Positions 10,454 to 21,295 of a stretch of 64,000 nt of DNA are shown piece by piece. Below the pieces are notes generated by a model. The model was not told the origin of the DNA. It ran no database searches and worked only from the letters and a program-made list of their open reading frames with translations. The stretch spans positions 8,197 through 72,196 of the forward strand of contig DBBV01000020.1 of assembly GCA_002292375.1 (NCBI GenBank), given 5' to 3'. A program made the position numbers and the translations under genes. This DNA is from Methylococcaceae bacterium UBA975 (GTDB taxonomy: Bacteria; Pseudomonadota; Gammaproteobacteria; Methylococcales; Cycloclasticaceae). The stretch's first letter is position 1. Each line of letters opens with the position of its first letter.

Positions 10454-10885
10454 CTATAAAATAATGATGGCAAAACGGAAAACCATAGCCCACAGAACTA
10501 AGCACGAAAATAAATAAGATGCGAAACGTAATGGAACATTATTTACCACGCAATGTATGCTTGAGTGCACTAACCGTAGCCCAACAAAGGCCCATGCTAA
10601 AGCAATGAATAGTTGATCAACTAAATTCAAAACATACAGAAAGACGCAAAGCGCATAGAAAATAATCGGGAGCTCACATAGGTTTTTAAAATTATTTGAT
10701 GGCCGATTGATTCGCTCAGGAACAACTGCATTTAATTTTTCTGGTGTATTTAAGTGTTCTGCTGACTCATCGTTTTGTGCAATCCATTTCAATCTAAGTA
10801 TGTACATGTAGACCCATACAACAAATGTAAGTAGCATTAAGGCTACTGAGGGTTGGAGTATTGAGTCTTGCATGGGTATCTCCAT
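10454..10885 (-). CDS. MAPEG family membrane protein
   Basis: NFKNLCELPIIF and LAWAFVGLRLVHS motifs. Confidence 0.85.
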   Translation of the reverse strand: MEIPMQDSILQPSVALMLLTFVVWVYMYILRLKWIAQNDESAEHLNTPEKLNAVVPERINRPSNNFKNLCELPIIFYALCVFLYVLNLVDQLFIALAWAFVGLRLVHSSIHCVVNNVPLRFASYLFSCLVLWAMVFRFAIIIL

Positions 10886-11122
10886 AGTGTTTATGGTTTA
10901 AGGCACACTGCAACTGTCATCTGCCTATAAAAAGCTAAGGTACTGGCTTCTTCTATTCTGGCCTTAACTATCATTATATGAATAATCATGGTCAAAACAA
11001 CGTGCCCCGTCTATTTTAAGTTACTGCCTAAAACAAGAACGTGTAGATAAAATACAAACTCTTATCTCTGCTTAAAATACGCACCTTCTTCGCGCCCTTA
11101 ATGACCTAGATAAGAAAGGACT

Positions 11123-12229
11123 TTATTTGGCTTTTTTTAACAGCCAAAAATCAAAGAAACCCGATACAAGAAAGACCATTGGAAAGGTCACCCCCAACAT
11201 CGCTGTAGCAATCCATAGCTCTAATTCCCAACCACCTATCGGGCCAGAAATCAGCTCATGACCTACGAATAAATAAGCGGCATAACTGTAGAGTCTGTAC
11301 ATGAGTAGGCCCGCTATAACTGAGCAGGCTAATAGCGCAAAACCACGGTAAGGCTGTTTTAAATTAGGGAATAGGCTAAATTGCATCATATTGTTAACCA
11401 AAAAGGCACCAAAAAGCATGCAAACGGGTACTTGAATCATATAATTGACCTGCTCCATACCTATAAAGTCAGTAAAAAACCAACGAACTATCAAGGCAAA
11501 TAACAGAATATAAACCGTTCCAATAAGACCTCGAATAGGCTGTGGACGCCCCATGGACAGTTTACTTATAGGCCAGAAATCAAATAAAGAATGTATGACG
11601 ATAACCCCTGCCGTTGTCACGGCAAACGTCATAGCAACCCATGAATCAAACAAGCCTTTTGGATCAATTTCAACGTGGTAAAGCGGGTGAACAATTTCAC
11701 CGTTAGGGGTGGGTATATGCGCTAATGCGGAGTAGTCAAAAAAGACAAACCAAACGATGTAAGCTAAGACATATGTTGCCATCAGGGTCACTAACCCAAT
11801 AATGACAGGGTTTTTACTTAGTAAGGAAAAGGGCCACGCGTGCCAAATCGGAATAAGCCATAAAACAGTCACTACAGTAAGAATCGTATACTGGATAAAC
11901 ATGGGGGTGTCGCCATAATTTAGGCCAACCAAAGTGGACAATAACAGGGTAAAGAATGCACCTGCCCCTACAGTAATAAGGGTTAAGCTAATGCCCTTTA
12001 GGGGCTGAGACATATTGCCGATTCGTTTCGGTAAGTTGTTTTGCCAAAACAAATTTAATATCACTTGTGTAGGCGTTGCACACATAAAAGCGATGCCAAC
12101 CCAGCCAGTAAAAAAGTGTTGCTCAAAAGGAAGAATACAAACTGCGGCTAGTGTTAACACGACAATGATACCCATACACCCCGTTAATAATATGGATGAA
12201 AGTGGCTGATTTTCTGTTTGACTGGTCAT
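11123..12229 (-). CDS. Uncharacterised multipass membrane protein (possible transporter)
   Basis: 368 aa, about 10 hydrophobic segments, internal repeats WP and QPxxG. Confidence 0.7.
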   Translation of the reverse strand: MTSQTENQPLSSILLTGCMGIIVVLTLAAVCILPFEQHFFTGWVGIAFMCATPTQVILNLFWQNNLPKRIGNMSQPLKGISLTLITVGAGAFFTLLLSTLVGLNYGDTPMFIQYTILTVVTVLWLIPIWHAWPFSLLSKNPVIIGLVTLMATYVLAYIVWFVFFDYSALAHIPTPNGEIVHPLYHVEIDPKGLFDSWVAMTFAVTTAGVIVIHSLFDFWPISKLSMGRPQPIRGLIGTVYILLFALIVRWFFTDFIGMEQVNYMIQVPVCMLFGAFLVNNMMQFSLFPNLKQPYRGFALLACSVIAGLLMYRLYSYAAYLFVGHELISGPIGGWELELWIATAMLGVTFPMVFLVSGFFDFWLLKKAK

Positions 12230-12428
12230 GGGTATCCTTTAATATTATTTTTATAATTCAACCGTAAACTAACAATGCCTTTTATTAAAGTCTGGGTTAT
12301 AGATAAATTATTAAACCCACCGTCGATTACGCTCAAAAAACCGCACTATTAACCAAGGGCCTTGACGCTAGTAAAGGAATAGTTTAGCTTAAGCTAATAT
12401 AAGAAGCTAGCCAAAAAAAGAGGTCCGT

Positions 12429-13757
12429 ATGAGTGCAAAAAAACAACTACATTTTGGCGCTTTCATGCGACCAGCTAGCATTCATAGCTGCAGTTGGCGT
12501 TACCCCGGTGCCTTTTCAGATGCTAATTTTAACTTTAAACATCATATTCGTTTTGCGCAAAAATTAGAAAAGGGACTTTTTGATGCCATCTTTATGGCTG
12601 ATCATGTTGCCTTATTAAATATGCCAGAGGACGCTTTAAAGCGAAGCGCCACCGTTGTTTCGCTTGAGCCACTCACTTTACTACCGGCTCTTGCTGCCGT
12701 AACAGAACATATCGGGCTTATTGCGACAGCATCGACGACATACACGGAGCCTTACCATATTGCTCGTAAGTTTGCTTCACTCGACCATATCAGTGACGGC
12801 CGAGCTGGTTGGAATGTTGTTACGTCAGCCAATCCGCTAGAAGCACTAAATTTTGGATTAACAGAAGCCGTTGAGCACGATGTCCGTTATAGGCGAGGTA
12901 GAGAGTGCTATGAAGTCGTCACAAAATTATGGGATAGCTGGGAGGACGACGCGATTATCCAAGATACTAACAATGGTATATTTTCAGACCTAAGTAAGTT
13001 ACACCCTCCAAAACACAAGGGTGAATTTTATTCTGTTGAAGGCGCACTAAATGTTGCACGCCCAGTTCAAGGCTGGCCCCTTATTGTTCAGGCAGGTGCG
13101 TCTGAAGCTGGACGACAATTCGCATCTGAAGTGGCTGAAATGGTCTTCTCAGCGGCCAGCACACTATCAGCAGCTCAAGAATACTATGCAGATATAAAAG
13201 CTCGAGCAAAGGCCTATGGCAGAGAACCCGAGCACCTTGTAGTCTTTCCTGGCTGCTTTGTTATTATTGGCAACACACTAGAAGAAGCAAAAAGTAAAAA
13301 ACGGCTGCTAGATAGTATGGTTGACCCCAGTACTGGTATGGGCTCTTTATCTGTTTTATTAGGGTGTGATGCGAGCCAATTCGAACTCGATGCAGCACTA
13401 CCTGAAATACCTGAAACAAACGCAAGCCAAACTGGAAGGCAAAAAATCATTGATATGGCAAAAGAAGATAACATGACCGTCCGTGAGTTAGCCCAACATT
13501 TTGGCGGCTCTTTTGGCTGCCTAGAAATGGTTGGCACCGTTGCAATGATTGCTGATCAAATGGAAGAATGGTTAGAGTCAGAAGCCTGCGACGGATTTAA
13601 TATTATGTTTCCTTTTTTACCGCAAGGCATTGATGATTTTGTTGACAAGTTAGTACCTGAGTTACAAAAACGCGGTCTTTACCGCACGCGCTATGAAGGC
13701 AAAACATTACGTGAGAATTTAGGGTTACCAAGACCTAAAAACCGCTACTGCAGCTAA
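12429..13757 (+). CDS. LLM-class flavin-dependent monooxygenase (NtaA/DszA/SnaA family)
   Basis: FDAIFMAD, LEPLTLL, SLDHISDGRAGWNVVTS, QAGASEAGR, YEGKTLRENLGL. Confidence 0.92.
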   Translation: MSAKKQLHFGAFMRPASIHSCSWRYPGAFSDANFNFKHHIRFAQKLEKGLFDAIFMADHVALLNMPEDALKRSATVVSLEPLTLLPALAAVTEHIGLIATASTTYTEPYHIARKFASLDHISDGRAGWNVVTSANPLEALNFGLTEAVEHDVRYRRGRECYEVVTKLWDSWEDDAIIQDTNNGIFSDLSKLHPPKHKGEFYSVEGALNVARPVQGWPLIVQAGASEAGRQFASEVAEMVFSAASTLSAAQEYYADIKARAKAYGREPEHLVVFPGCFVIIGNTLEEAKSKKRLLDSMVDPSTGMGSLSVLLGCDASQFELDAALPEIPETNASQTGRQKIIDMAKEDNMTVRELAQHFGGSFGCLEMVGTVAMIADQMEEWLESEACDGFNIMFPFLPQGIDDFVDKLVPELQKRGLYRTRYEGKTLRENLGLPRPKNRYCS

Positions 13758-13935
13758 AACCTTAAGCTCAAATAAAACAACCTCAAGCTTCGTAGCTCAA
13801 GCGTTTAGTCTAAAAACCTAAACGGCTGCCAACTGCTCTGATTAAAGTCAATCTGACTGCATTATTCCTTTTCATTTGTTAGCGATATGTCCTTGCTAAG
13901 GAACGTTGAAAAGAGCGCTAGTTTCACGACCCTTT

Positions 13936-14358
13936 TTACTTTACGTGTGCAACATACGCCACGGTAAATGCGGTCTCTTGAAATGCTTTTAAACCGGTAT
14001 CAGTAAAACTAATGGGTAGGCGATTTTCCGACAACACTAATTTACTATCCTGTGGCGACACCATTAATACATCAATGTCTGCCATCAATTGAATAGCGGC
14101 CTCTAACTTAAAACCGACGGCACCACCGGCAAATTTACCCTTTAGAGGTCGTTCTTTAATCGCGACCTTTTCAACCCCGTAGTCACTCATCAGTTGTGCA
14201 AATGCTTTTTGAAACTGCTGTAAATCGGCCCGAGTATGGGCTTTTGGTAAGCTTAATTTCCGTACTCTACAGTCGGGTAAATTAAAGCTTTGATGCTCTA
14301 GATAAAGCAAACAAATAACCGCATCATTACCGGACAGTTCTACACCACAAATTTTCAT
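13936..14358 (-). CDS. DUF3010-like protein
   Basis: MKICGVELSGNDAVICLL and GKFAGGAVGFKLEAAIQL recalled as the DUF3010 pattern. Confidence 0.75.
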   Translation of the reverse strand: MKICGVELSGNDAVICLLYLEHQSFNLPDCRVRKLSLPKAHTRADLQQFQKAFAQLMSDYGVEKVAIKERPLKGKFAGGAVGFKLEAAIQLMADIDVLMVSPQDSKLVLSENRLPISFTDTGLKAFQETAFTVAYVAHVK

Positions 14359-14567
14359 TTATATTCTTTACTCGATTAAAATAATGGAAAGGCGGATTAA
14401 TAGTATTAACGTGAACAACAACTTACCATAAGTCTTGCCTTGCTCTTAAATGCCTACAATAAGAACAGCTGTATTGCCTAGGATGGGAGCTCTTCAATTA
14501 AAACGTATTGACTAAACGCCTTTAATCAAACACGCTCTTTTGTATAACGGCTTTTGGCTGCTAGCTG

Positions 14568-16316
14568 TCATTTAAAATAAATATCTGCCAATAAATAGCC
14601 ACCCAAAATAACACCAATCCACAACACCATACTGCCAGTTGGCCAACTGCTGGCTAGGTGGTATTGCGATAAGCGGCTTGCCTGAAAGACCGATTGAAAC
14701 CCTTGCCAGCTTTGTTGGGCAGCATTTGCTACCGCACAATTAAAACGTTGCAACACGGTATAACTCGCGCGCGCTGTAGCGGGTAGTAGTTTTCGATAGG
14801 TCCATTCAAAATCGATGTTCACCGAACGAAGTTCAGGTGGGTATAAGCCTTGTTTGTTTAACCAAACAAACGCTAACGCAGAGAAGAATAAGATCTGTAA
14901 CTGTGCCAACACGTGCGTCATATCATAAGGCCAGTAGTCCACTTTCCATGGTAATAAGGCGTAAAGGTATTGTGGCTGTGTACCAATAAAAATACATAGC
15001 ACGGCAGCAATGCTCATAGCAATCAGCATGTTAGTCGGCGCTTCTTTAACGCGAATGCCTGAGTCATGATGGAAAAAAGCAAAGTAAGGAATTTTAATCC
15101 CCGCGTGGTGGAATACCCCAGCTGAAGCAAACAACAGCATCAGCCATAAGTAGTTATGCCCTTCTAGTAACATCGCGGACATCACCATCGACTTACTTAC
15201 AAAACCACTAAACAGTGGGAAGGCAGAAATGGATGCCGCGCCGACAATACAAAGCATCGCGGTCTTAGGCATCGATTTATATAAGCCACCCAGGTCAGAA
15301 CCATTAATATTACCCACACGATGTAACACCGCGCCCATGCTCATAAATAGCAGGCCTTTAAAGATCACATCATTAAAAGCATGCGCCACCGCACCATTTA
15401 AGGCCAGTGCCGTACCAATACCAATACCGCAGACCATAAAGCCAACCTGATTGATCATGCTATAGGCCAGCACTCGGCGCAGATCGTTCTCAATCACGGC
15501 GTAAAAAATTGGGAAGCACGTCATCGCCGCACCGACGTAAACCAGTAGATCCGTGCCCGGGTAACCACGCGCTAAAGCGTATACGGCCACCTTAGTGGTA
15601 AAAGCAGACAAAAATACCGTACCGGTAGGTGTGGCTTCCGGATACCCTTCGGTTAACCATGTATGTAAAAAAGGAAAGGCCGATTTAATGCCAAAAGCGA
15701 TTAAAATTAACCACCCTGCGGTACTTTCGATCCCAATAAAATTAAAGTCAGTTGATCCCGTTTGGTTGAAATACATCAAGGCACCAGCCAGCAATAACAC
15801 CCCTGACATCACCTGAAAAATTAAATAACGGGTGCCTGTTTTTATTGCCTGCTCAGAACGGCGGGCCCAAATTAAAAACACCGAGCTCAACGCCAAGCCT
15901 TCCCAAAAAATAAACAGACTGATTAAATCACCTGCAAACACGGCACCTAAGGCACTACCGGCATAAAGTAAGCTGACAACCTGCTGCGTGGTGTCACGCA
16001 CATGCAGGGCATAAATAATAGCGATGAAGCTGGCAATATGAAACAGGTAGCCAAATAATAAACTCAGTTTATCGACGCGCATAAATTCAAGTTGATAACT
16101 GAACATATTCAATGTGTATGACAGCTCTTTTGCTGTAATTAACGCATCACTTGCCACCATTGGAACAAACGGCTGTACGTCCAACCATAAATGCAAGCCG
16201 CCAAGAACAGGGGTTGCCAGTAGAATCACACTACGAAGATGCCCACGAGTGACCAGCACCAGCAAAGCGGCAATGAAAAAAGGAATAAAGGGTGGCAGAC
16301 TACTCGCCCATATCAT
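14568..16316 (-). CDS. Mrp-type Na+/H+ antiporter, MrpD/NuoL-like subunit (third)
   Basis: Proton-pumping TM domain: FLHTWLTEGYP, RRVLAYSMINQVG, HAFNDVIFKGLLF. Confidence 0.88.
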   Translation of the reverse strand: MIWASSLPPFIPFFIAALLVLVTRGHLRSVILLATPVLGGLHLWLDVQPFVPMVASDALITAKELSYTLNMFSYQLEFMRVDKLSLLFGYLFHIASFIAIIYALHVRDTTQQVVSLLYAGSALGAVFAGDLISLFIFWEGLALSSVFLIWARRSEQAIKTGTRYLIFQVMSGVLLLAGALMYFNQTGSTDFNFIGIESTAGWLILIAFGIKSAFPFLHTWLTEGYPEATPTGTVFLSAFTTKVAVYALARGYPGTDLLVYVGAAMTCFPIFYAVIENDLRRVLAYSMINQVGFMVCGIGIGTALALNGAVAHAFNDVIFKGLLFMSMGAVLHRVGNINGSDLGGLYKSMPKTAMLCIVGAASISAFPLFSGFVSKSMVMSAMLLEGHNYLWLMLLFASAGVFHHAGIKIPYFAFFHHDSGIRVKEAPTNMLIAMSIAAVLCIFIGTQPQYLYALLPWKVDYWPYDMTHVLAQLQILFFSALAFVWLNKQGLYPPELRSVNIDFEWTYRKLLPATARASYTVLQRFNCAVANAAQQSWQGFQSVFQASRLSQYHLASSWPTGSMVLWIGVILGGYLLADIYFK

Positions 16317-16587
16317 AATTTTCTTCCTTTACATCGTAATAATCTTCTTTTCGCATCAATACTTTGCGCATTTCTTTCGCAATAACAACCAACACCACGC
16401 AGGCAACAAAACCATAAATAGCATAGAAGCCAGGGAAACCTTCCCATGGGTGCACCAGATGACGGTGCACAACAAAGTCGGCAATAAACAAGCCCCCACA
16501 AATAATATAAAAACCTAATAACAGACGGGACACATTACGCGGCTTATCAAATAGGTAGGTTTTTTCATCTGTGACTTTATTTGACAT
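16300..16587 (-). CDS. Small two-TM protein within the mrp operon
   Basis: 95 aa, GFYAIYGFVACVVLV...LMRKEDYYD; overlaps the downstream gene. Confidence 0.75.
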   Translation of the reverse strand: MSNKVTDEKTYLFDKPRNVSRLLLGFYIICGGLFIADFVVHRHLVHPWEGFPGFYAIYGFVACVVLVVIAKEMRKVLMRKEDYYDVKEENYDMGE

Positions 16588-16598
16588 ATCAGCTCCCC

Positions 16599-18074
16599 TC
16601 AGCGGCCTGTCGCTGCATCAACAGCAAGGTTATAAAACGGGTCGGGGTAAAAGAATAAAACGATGCAAGCCAGCGATGTTAAGCCAATGGCAATTAACAT
16701 ACTGAGTGGCGCTTCTTTTACTTCTGTGTACACGACGCCTTCTTTTGGTTTAGCAAAAAACGCACGCACTGAAATCGGTAACAGGTAGGCAATATTGAGC
16801 AATGAACTCATCATTAATACCGCCAATAATATCCATTGTTCTGTTTGCACCATGCCCAAGGCCAAATACCATTTACTCCACATACCACCAAACGGGGGTA
16901 AGCCAATAATGCTCAAACTGCCAATGGTAAACGCAATAAACGTAAAGGGCATAGCACGACCCAAACCGCCCATGTCGCTAATGTTCTTTTTATGTGCCGC
17001 CACCAAAATTGCACCCGCGGCAAAAAACAAGGTGATTTTGGCAAACGCGTGCATCGCAATATGCATGGATGCACCGACCAAACTCATTTCTACCGCGATC
17101 AGCGCACCCAGTACGATGTAACTGAGCTGACTGATGGTTGAGTAGGCCAAACGGGCTTTAAGGTTATCCTTGGTCATTGCGATAAGCGAGGCCAGTAAAA
17201 TGGTCACCGCGACAAACCAAATTATCCAGTCGCTTGCCCCCGAGCTGGTAATAAAATCACTACCAAATATATACAGGGTCACTTTTAATATCGTAAACAC
17301 GCCCGTCTTTACCACCGCAACGGCATGTAACAAAGCACTGACCGGTGTCGGCGCTACCATAGCAGCGGGTAGCCATTTATGAAACGGCATAATGGCTGCT
17401 TTACCCACACCGAAAATAAACAGGGCGTACAGAATACCGGCGTATGCAGGGTCTAATTTACCAGCGAGGATACCCCCCTGCTGAAAGTCGAGCGTACCGG
17501 CCACTGACCAGGTAATTAAAATCGCTAATAATTGAAAGCCAATCGACGTGCCCAACAAAATACCCAAGTAAATTCGCCCACTGCGTTTGGCTTCAGCGGT
17601 ACCTGCATGGGTCACTAGGGGATACGTTGATAGGGTTAAAATTTCATAACACAGAAATAAGGTAAACATATTGCCGGAGAAAGCAGCGGCCAAGGTACTG
17701 CTAATGGCAATCGCAAAAGCGGCATAAAAACGGGTTTGATTTTTTTCATGATGACCCCGCATATACCCAATGGCATAAATAGACGTCACTAACCACAAGG
17801 TGCCTGCCACTAAGGCAAACAACATACCCAGCGGTTCAATCGAAAAACTTACGGTGATACCGGGTACCACGTCAAACACATCAAAGCTCGGGGTTTCTCC
17901 TGCATTAATCCGTGTTGCTAGGGTAATAACCAGCAGGGCAACAACCGAGGCGCTAATTAGCGTAATCGCTTCGCGTAGATTGGGGCGTTTATCTGCCAGT
18001 ACAATTAAAACCGCTGCGAGCAACGGCAATAAAATAGCCAGTATGATTAATTGTTCACTTGTTAGGCTAATCAT
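16599..18074 (-). CDS. Mrp antiporter MrpD-family subunit (second)
   Basis: PFHKWLPAAMVAPTPVSALLH, KARLAYSTISQLSY. Confidence 0.9.
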   Translation of the reverse strand: MISLTSEQLIILAILLPLLAAVLIVLADKRPNLREAITLISASVVALLVITLATRINAGETPSFDVFDVVPGITVSFSIEPLGMLFALVAGTLWLVTSIYAIGYMRGHHEKNQTRFYAAFAIAISSTLAAAFSGNMFTLFLCYEILTLSTYPLVTHAGTAEAKRSGRIYLGILLGTSIGFQLLAILITWSVAGTLDFQQGGILAGKLDPAYAGILYALFIFGVGKAAIMPFHKWLPAAMVAPTPVSALLHAVAVVKTGVFTILKVTLYIFGSDFITSSGASDWIIWFVAVTILLASLIAMTKDNLKARLAYSTISQLSYIVLGALIAVEMSLVGASMHIAMHAFAKITLFFAAGAILVAAHKKNISDMGGLGRAMPFTFIAFTIGSLSIIGLPPFGGMWSKWYLALGMVQTEQWILLAVLMMSSLLNIAYLLPISVRAFFAKPKEGVVYTEVKEAPLSMLIAIGLTSLACIVLFFYPDPFYNLAVDAATGR

Positions 18075-18087
18075 TTATTCAGTCTCA

Positions 18088-19575
18088 TTAGTTCGCACCT
18101 GGCATTAAAAGTTTGACCGCCTGCTCTGCCGTACCAACGGTCAGTTCCGTATTAAAGCCAAAATAGATATTGGCTAACACCAATACCCACATAGGGATAA
18201 GCATCATTAACGGCGCTTCTTTTACTGCGGTATTCTGCTGTTCCCTTTCATCCGTTGCATTAAAGTACAACACCTCAATTATTTTCCAGACGTAAGCAAC
18301 GGCCAACAACGAGCCCATCAAAATCACACCGACAATCAGCCAGTGTTGTTGTTCAATCGCCGCAAGCACCAGATACCATTTGGATATAAACCCGGCTGTC
18401 CCCGGCACACCAATTAAACTAAGCCCGCCAATTACAATGGCTGCAAACGTCCACGGCATTTGTTTACCTAAGCCGGAGAAATGCTCCAGGCGGCTTGAAC
18501 CCACCCGATAAATCAAGGCACCAATCGCCATAAACAAGGCCCCTTTCATTAAGGCATGATTGAACAAATGCACTAAGGTCGCGGTAACACCTAACACGCT
18601 GCCTAGGCCGATGCCGAGCATCATATACGCGATTTGAGCCACGCTGGAATAAGCCAGCAACCGTTTGCTGTCTTTTTGGTAAATGGCATAAAACGACATG
18701 GATAAAATGGCCGTTACGCATAATAGTAGGAACAATTCGTCCGTTGGTGTGTTTTCAATAAATGAAAAGCCAAACACCGTAAACACCATGCGTAACATCA
18801 CATACACCGCAACCTTGGTTGCCGTTGCAGCGAGAAAAATCGTTACCACCGTTGGTGCATAGGTATACGCATTCGGTAGCCACAGGTGTAACGGGAACAA
18901 CGCCAGTTTTAACGCAAAACCCACCATAATAAAGGCAAAAGCCGTATGAATAGTACGATGCTCATAGAGCTCAGGTAAGCGTTGCGCCAGGTCTGCCATA
19001 TTGAGTGTGCCGGTCATGGCATATAACAAACCTACCCCAATAATAAAGAACGTTGCGCCAATCGTACCCATAATCAAGTATTGGTAAGCCGCCGTCAGTG
19101 CCTGACGTTGTTTACCTAAACTAATGAGCGCATAAGAGGATAAGGATGAGATTTCTAAAAACACAAACAGGTTAAAAATATCCCCAGTTTGCGCGATACC
19201 TAACAAGCCGGTTAGGCACAGCATAAAGGCGGCATAAAAAAGTGCGTGCTGTTGATGCGGGATTTCTTTAATCACACTTTTCAGTGCATACGGCAAGGTC
19301 AACGCAGCAATCCCCGAGACAATTAAAGCCACTAAGGCATTGGCTGCATCAATGCGATATTCAATGCCCCAAGGCGGTGCCCAACCACCGAGTTCATAAC
19401 TGATAACCTGACCGCTGCTGACATTGATTAATTGCCACGCAGCCAGGTAACAAACTGACCAACTAACGAGCGTACTCAGCGCCCAAGGCAGGCGTCCATT
19501 CGGTAGCACCGCAACGATAGGTGCCGCGAGCAAAGGTAACGCAACCAACAATAGGCTTAAATGGTTTTCTATCAC
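18088..19575 (-). CDS. mrpD: Mrp antiporter subunit D
   Basis: DIFNLFVFLEISSLSSY, PLHLWLPNAY, KRLLAYSSVAQ. Confidence 0.9.
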   Translation of the reverse strand: MIENHLSLLLVALPLLAAPIVAVLPNGRLPWALSTLVSWSVCYLAAWQLINVSSGQVISYELGGWAPPWGIEYRIDAANALVALIVSGIAALTLPYALKSVIKEIPHQQHALFYAAFMLCLTGLLGIAQTGDIFNLFVFLEISSLSSYALISLGKQRQALTAAYQYLIMGTIGATFFIIGVGLLYAMTGTLNMADLAQRLPELYEHRTIHTAFAFIMVGFALKLALFPLHLWLPNAYTYAPTVVTIFLAATATKVAVYVMLRMVFTVFGFSFIENTPTDELFLLLCVTAILSMSFYAIYQKDSKRLLAYSSVAQIAYMMLGIGLGSVLGVTATLVHLFNHALMKGALFMAIGALIYRVGSSRLEHFSGLGKQMPWTFAAIVIGGLSLIGVPGTAGFISKWYLVLAAIEQQHWLIVGVILMGSLLAVAYVWKIIEVLYFNATDEREQQNTAVKEAPLMMLIPMWVLVLANIYFGFNTELTVGTAEQAVKLLMPGAN

Positions 19576-19928
19576 AGCGATTGATCCTGATTATGAATAT
19601 CGTCTTCTTCAATGGTGCCGTAGGCTTCTTTAATACGCACCACTAACGCTAAACCCAGTGCCGTGGTTGCCACACCCACCACAATAGCGGTCAGGATCAA
19701 CACATGCGGTAACGGGTTTGAATACAGATCAACCCCTTTTTCTATAATGGGTGTTGCGCCGCCTTTTACATTGCCGATGCTGATATAAAGCAAAAAAACA
19801 GATACCTGAAAAATATTCAAACCGACAATTTTTTTCACCAGATTGCCACGGCTAATAACCGTATAAAATCCTGCCATCATAATAATGATAACCATCCAAT
19901 AATTGTAATGTCCCAGAATCATGTCCAT
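19572..19928 (-). CDS. mrpC: Mrp antiporter subunit C
   Basis: NPLPHVLILTAIVVGVA motif. Confidence 0.93.
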   Translation of the reverse strand: MDMILGHYNYWMVIIIMMAGFYTVISRGNLVKKIVGLNIFQVSVFLLYISIGNVKGGATPIIEKGVDLYSNPLPHVLILTAIVVGVATTALGLALVVRIKEAYGTIEEDDIHNQDQSL

Positions 19929-19933
19929 ATAAT

Positions 19934-20398
19934 TTACTCCTGCTCCGATTCGGCGTTGCTACTTAGAACAGCTTGCCCACGTTCCGCAAAGGCAAAGAAA
20001 ATAATCAACATCACTGACATCACTGTAATCCCCACACCCAACTCAATTACTAAAATACCCAGGTGCTGACCGGCCACTTGTGACGAAGCCAGCACACCGT
20101 ACTCTAAAAAATTACCGCCCAATACTATCGTCGCAACACCTGTACCGGCATAAATCAGCACCCCTAGGCTTGCAAGTAGACGTAATACATACGGTGTAAT
20201 CACTCTTTTGGCCTTATCAGCGCCAAAGACTAGTGCATACAAAATAATCGCCGCACTAAAAATCACACCGGCTTGAAAACCACCACCGGGTCCAAAGTCG
20301 CCATGAAACTGTACATACAGTGCAAACAGAAAAATGAGTGGGATAATGAATTTTGCAACGACACGTAAAATTAAATTATGCTTCACGATCACCGCCAT
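19934..20398 (-). CDS. mrpB: Mrp antiporter subunit B (MnhB domain)
   Basis: HGDFGPGGGFQAG motif. Confidence 0.9.
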   Translation of the reverse strand: MAVIVKHNLILRVVAKFIIPLIFLFALYVQFHGDFGPGGGFQAGVIFSAAIILYALVFGADKAKRVITPYVLRLLASLGVLIYAGTGVATIVLGGNFLEYGVLASSQVAGQHLGILVIELGVGITVMSVMLIIFFAFAERGQAVLSSNAESEQE

Positions 20399-20963
20399 TC
20401 TTTTTAACGTTAGGTTTTACACGACGACGGCCACCAATCAGTAACAATACCGCAATCCCCGCTGTAAAAATCACGGTCACTTCGCCTAATGTATCGAAGC
20501 CACGGTAACTGGCCAAAACCGCAGTCACCACATTCGGCACACCAGTCTCTGGCATGCTGTTTTCCAAATAATACGGTGCCACGTGTAACTGAGAAGGCGC
20601 CTCAGGGTCACCAAAGGACGGTAAATCATAGGTGCCATAAATTAACAGCGCCCCCGTTATGACAACCACACTTAAAGGAAGCCAGGGTTTATGTGTTGTC
20701 GGCTTCTCTTCTTTATCAGCGTTTTTAGAGGAATACGTTAGCGCCAGTGTGGCTAACATCAGAACGCTTGATATACCGGCGCCCACCGCCGCTTCGGTAA
20801 AAGCCACATCGGCTGCGTCCATCACCACAAACAACCCTGCTGATAAAAAACTAAAGCCACTGAATAACATCACCACAGCGAATAAACTTCGCATACGAAT
20901 AATAGCCAGCGCAAGAATCACAAGAAAACTTAACAGCGTAATATCAACAATATTATCAATCAT
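20376..20963 (-). CDS. Mrp antiporter B-related subunit (DUF4040 plus MnhB N-terminal part)
   Basis: AADVAFTEAAVGAG, NVVTAVLASYRGFDTLGE. Confidence 0.88.
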   Translation of the reverse strand: MIDNIVDITLLSFLVILALAIIRMRSLFAVVMLFSGFSFLSAGLFVVMDAADVAFTEAAVGAGISSVLMLATLALTYSSKNADKEEKPTTHKPWLPLSVVVITGALLIYGTYDLPSFGDPEAPSQLHVAPYYLENSMPETGVPNVVTAVLASYRGFDTLGEVTVIFTAGIAVLLLIGGRRRVKPNVKKNGGDREA

Positions 20964-21295
20964 GGCTTATCCAACTGTTCAGAATTAGCCACATCATCAT
21001 CTGACAGCACCGGCTTAAGCCCACCTAACATGGCGGCATTAGCGAGTAGGTGTGAAGCCGTTGGGCTGGTGAAGAAGATAAATGCAAAAATTAAAAATAA
21101 TTTAAAACTGGCTATTGTTAAGCCCGCCTGAAAAGCCAGCCCGATTAAAAAAAGCGCCGCGCATAAGGTATCGGTAATGCCAATGGCGTGCAGTCGGGTA
21201 TAAAAATCCGGAAAACGGTGCATGCCAATACCACCGATAACCCCCAATAACCCTCCTAAAACCAGGCACAGCCAACTCAGTGTTTCCAGAATCAT
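20960..21295 (-). CDS. mrpG: Mrp antiporter subunit G
   Basis: RFPDFYTRLHA, SPTASH. Confidence 0.92.
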   Translation of the reverse strand: MILETLSWLCLVLGGLLGVIGGIGMHRFPDFYTRLHAIGITDTLCAALFLIGLAFQAGLTIASFKLFLIFAFIFFTSPTASHLLANAAMLGGLKPVLSDDDVANSEQLDKP

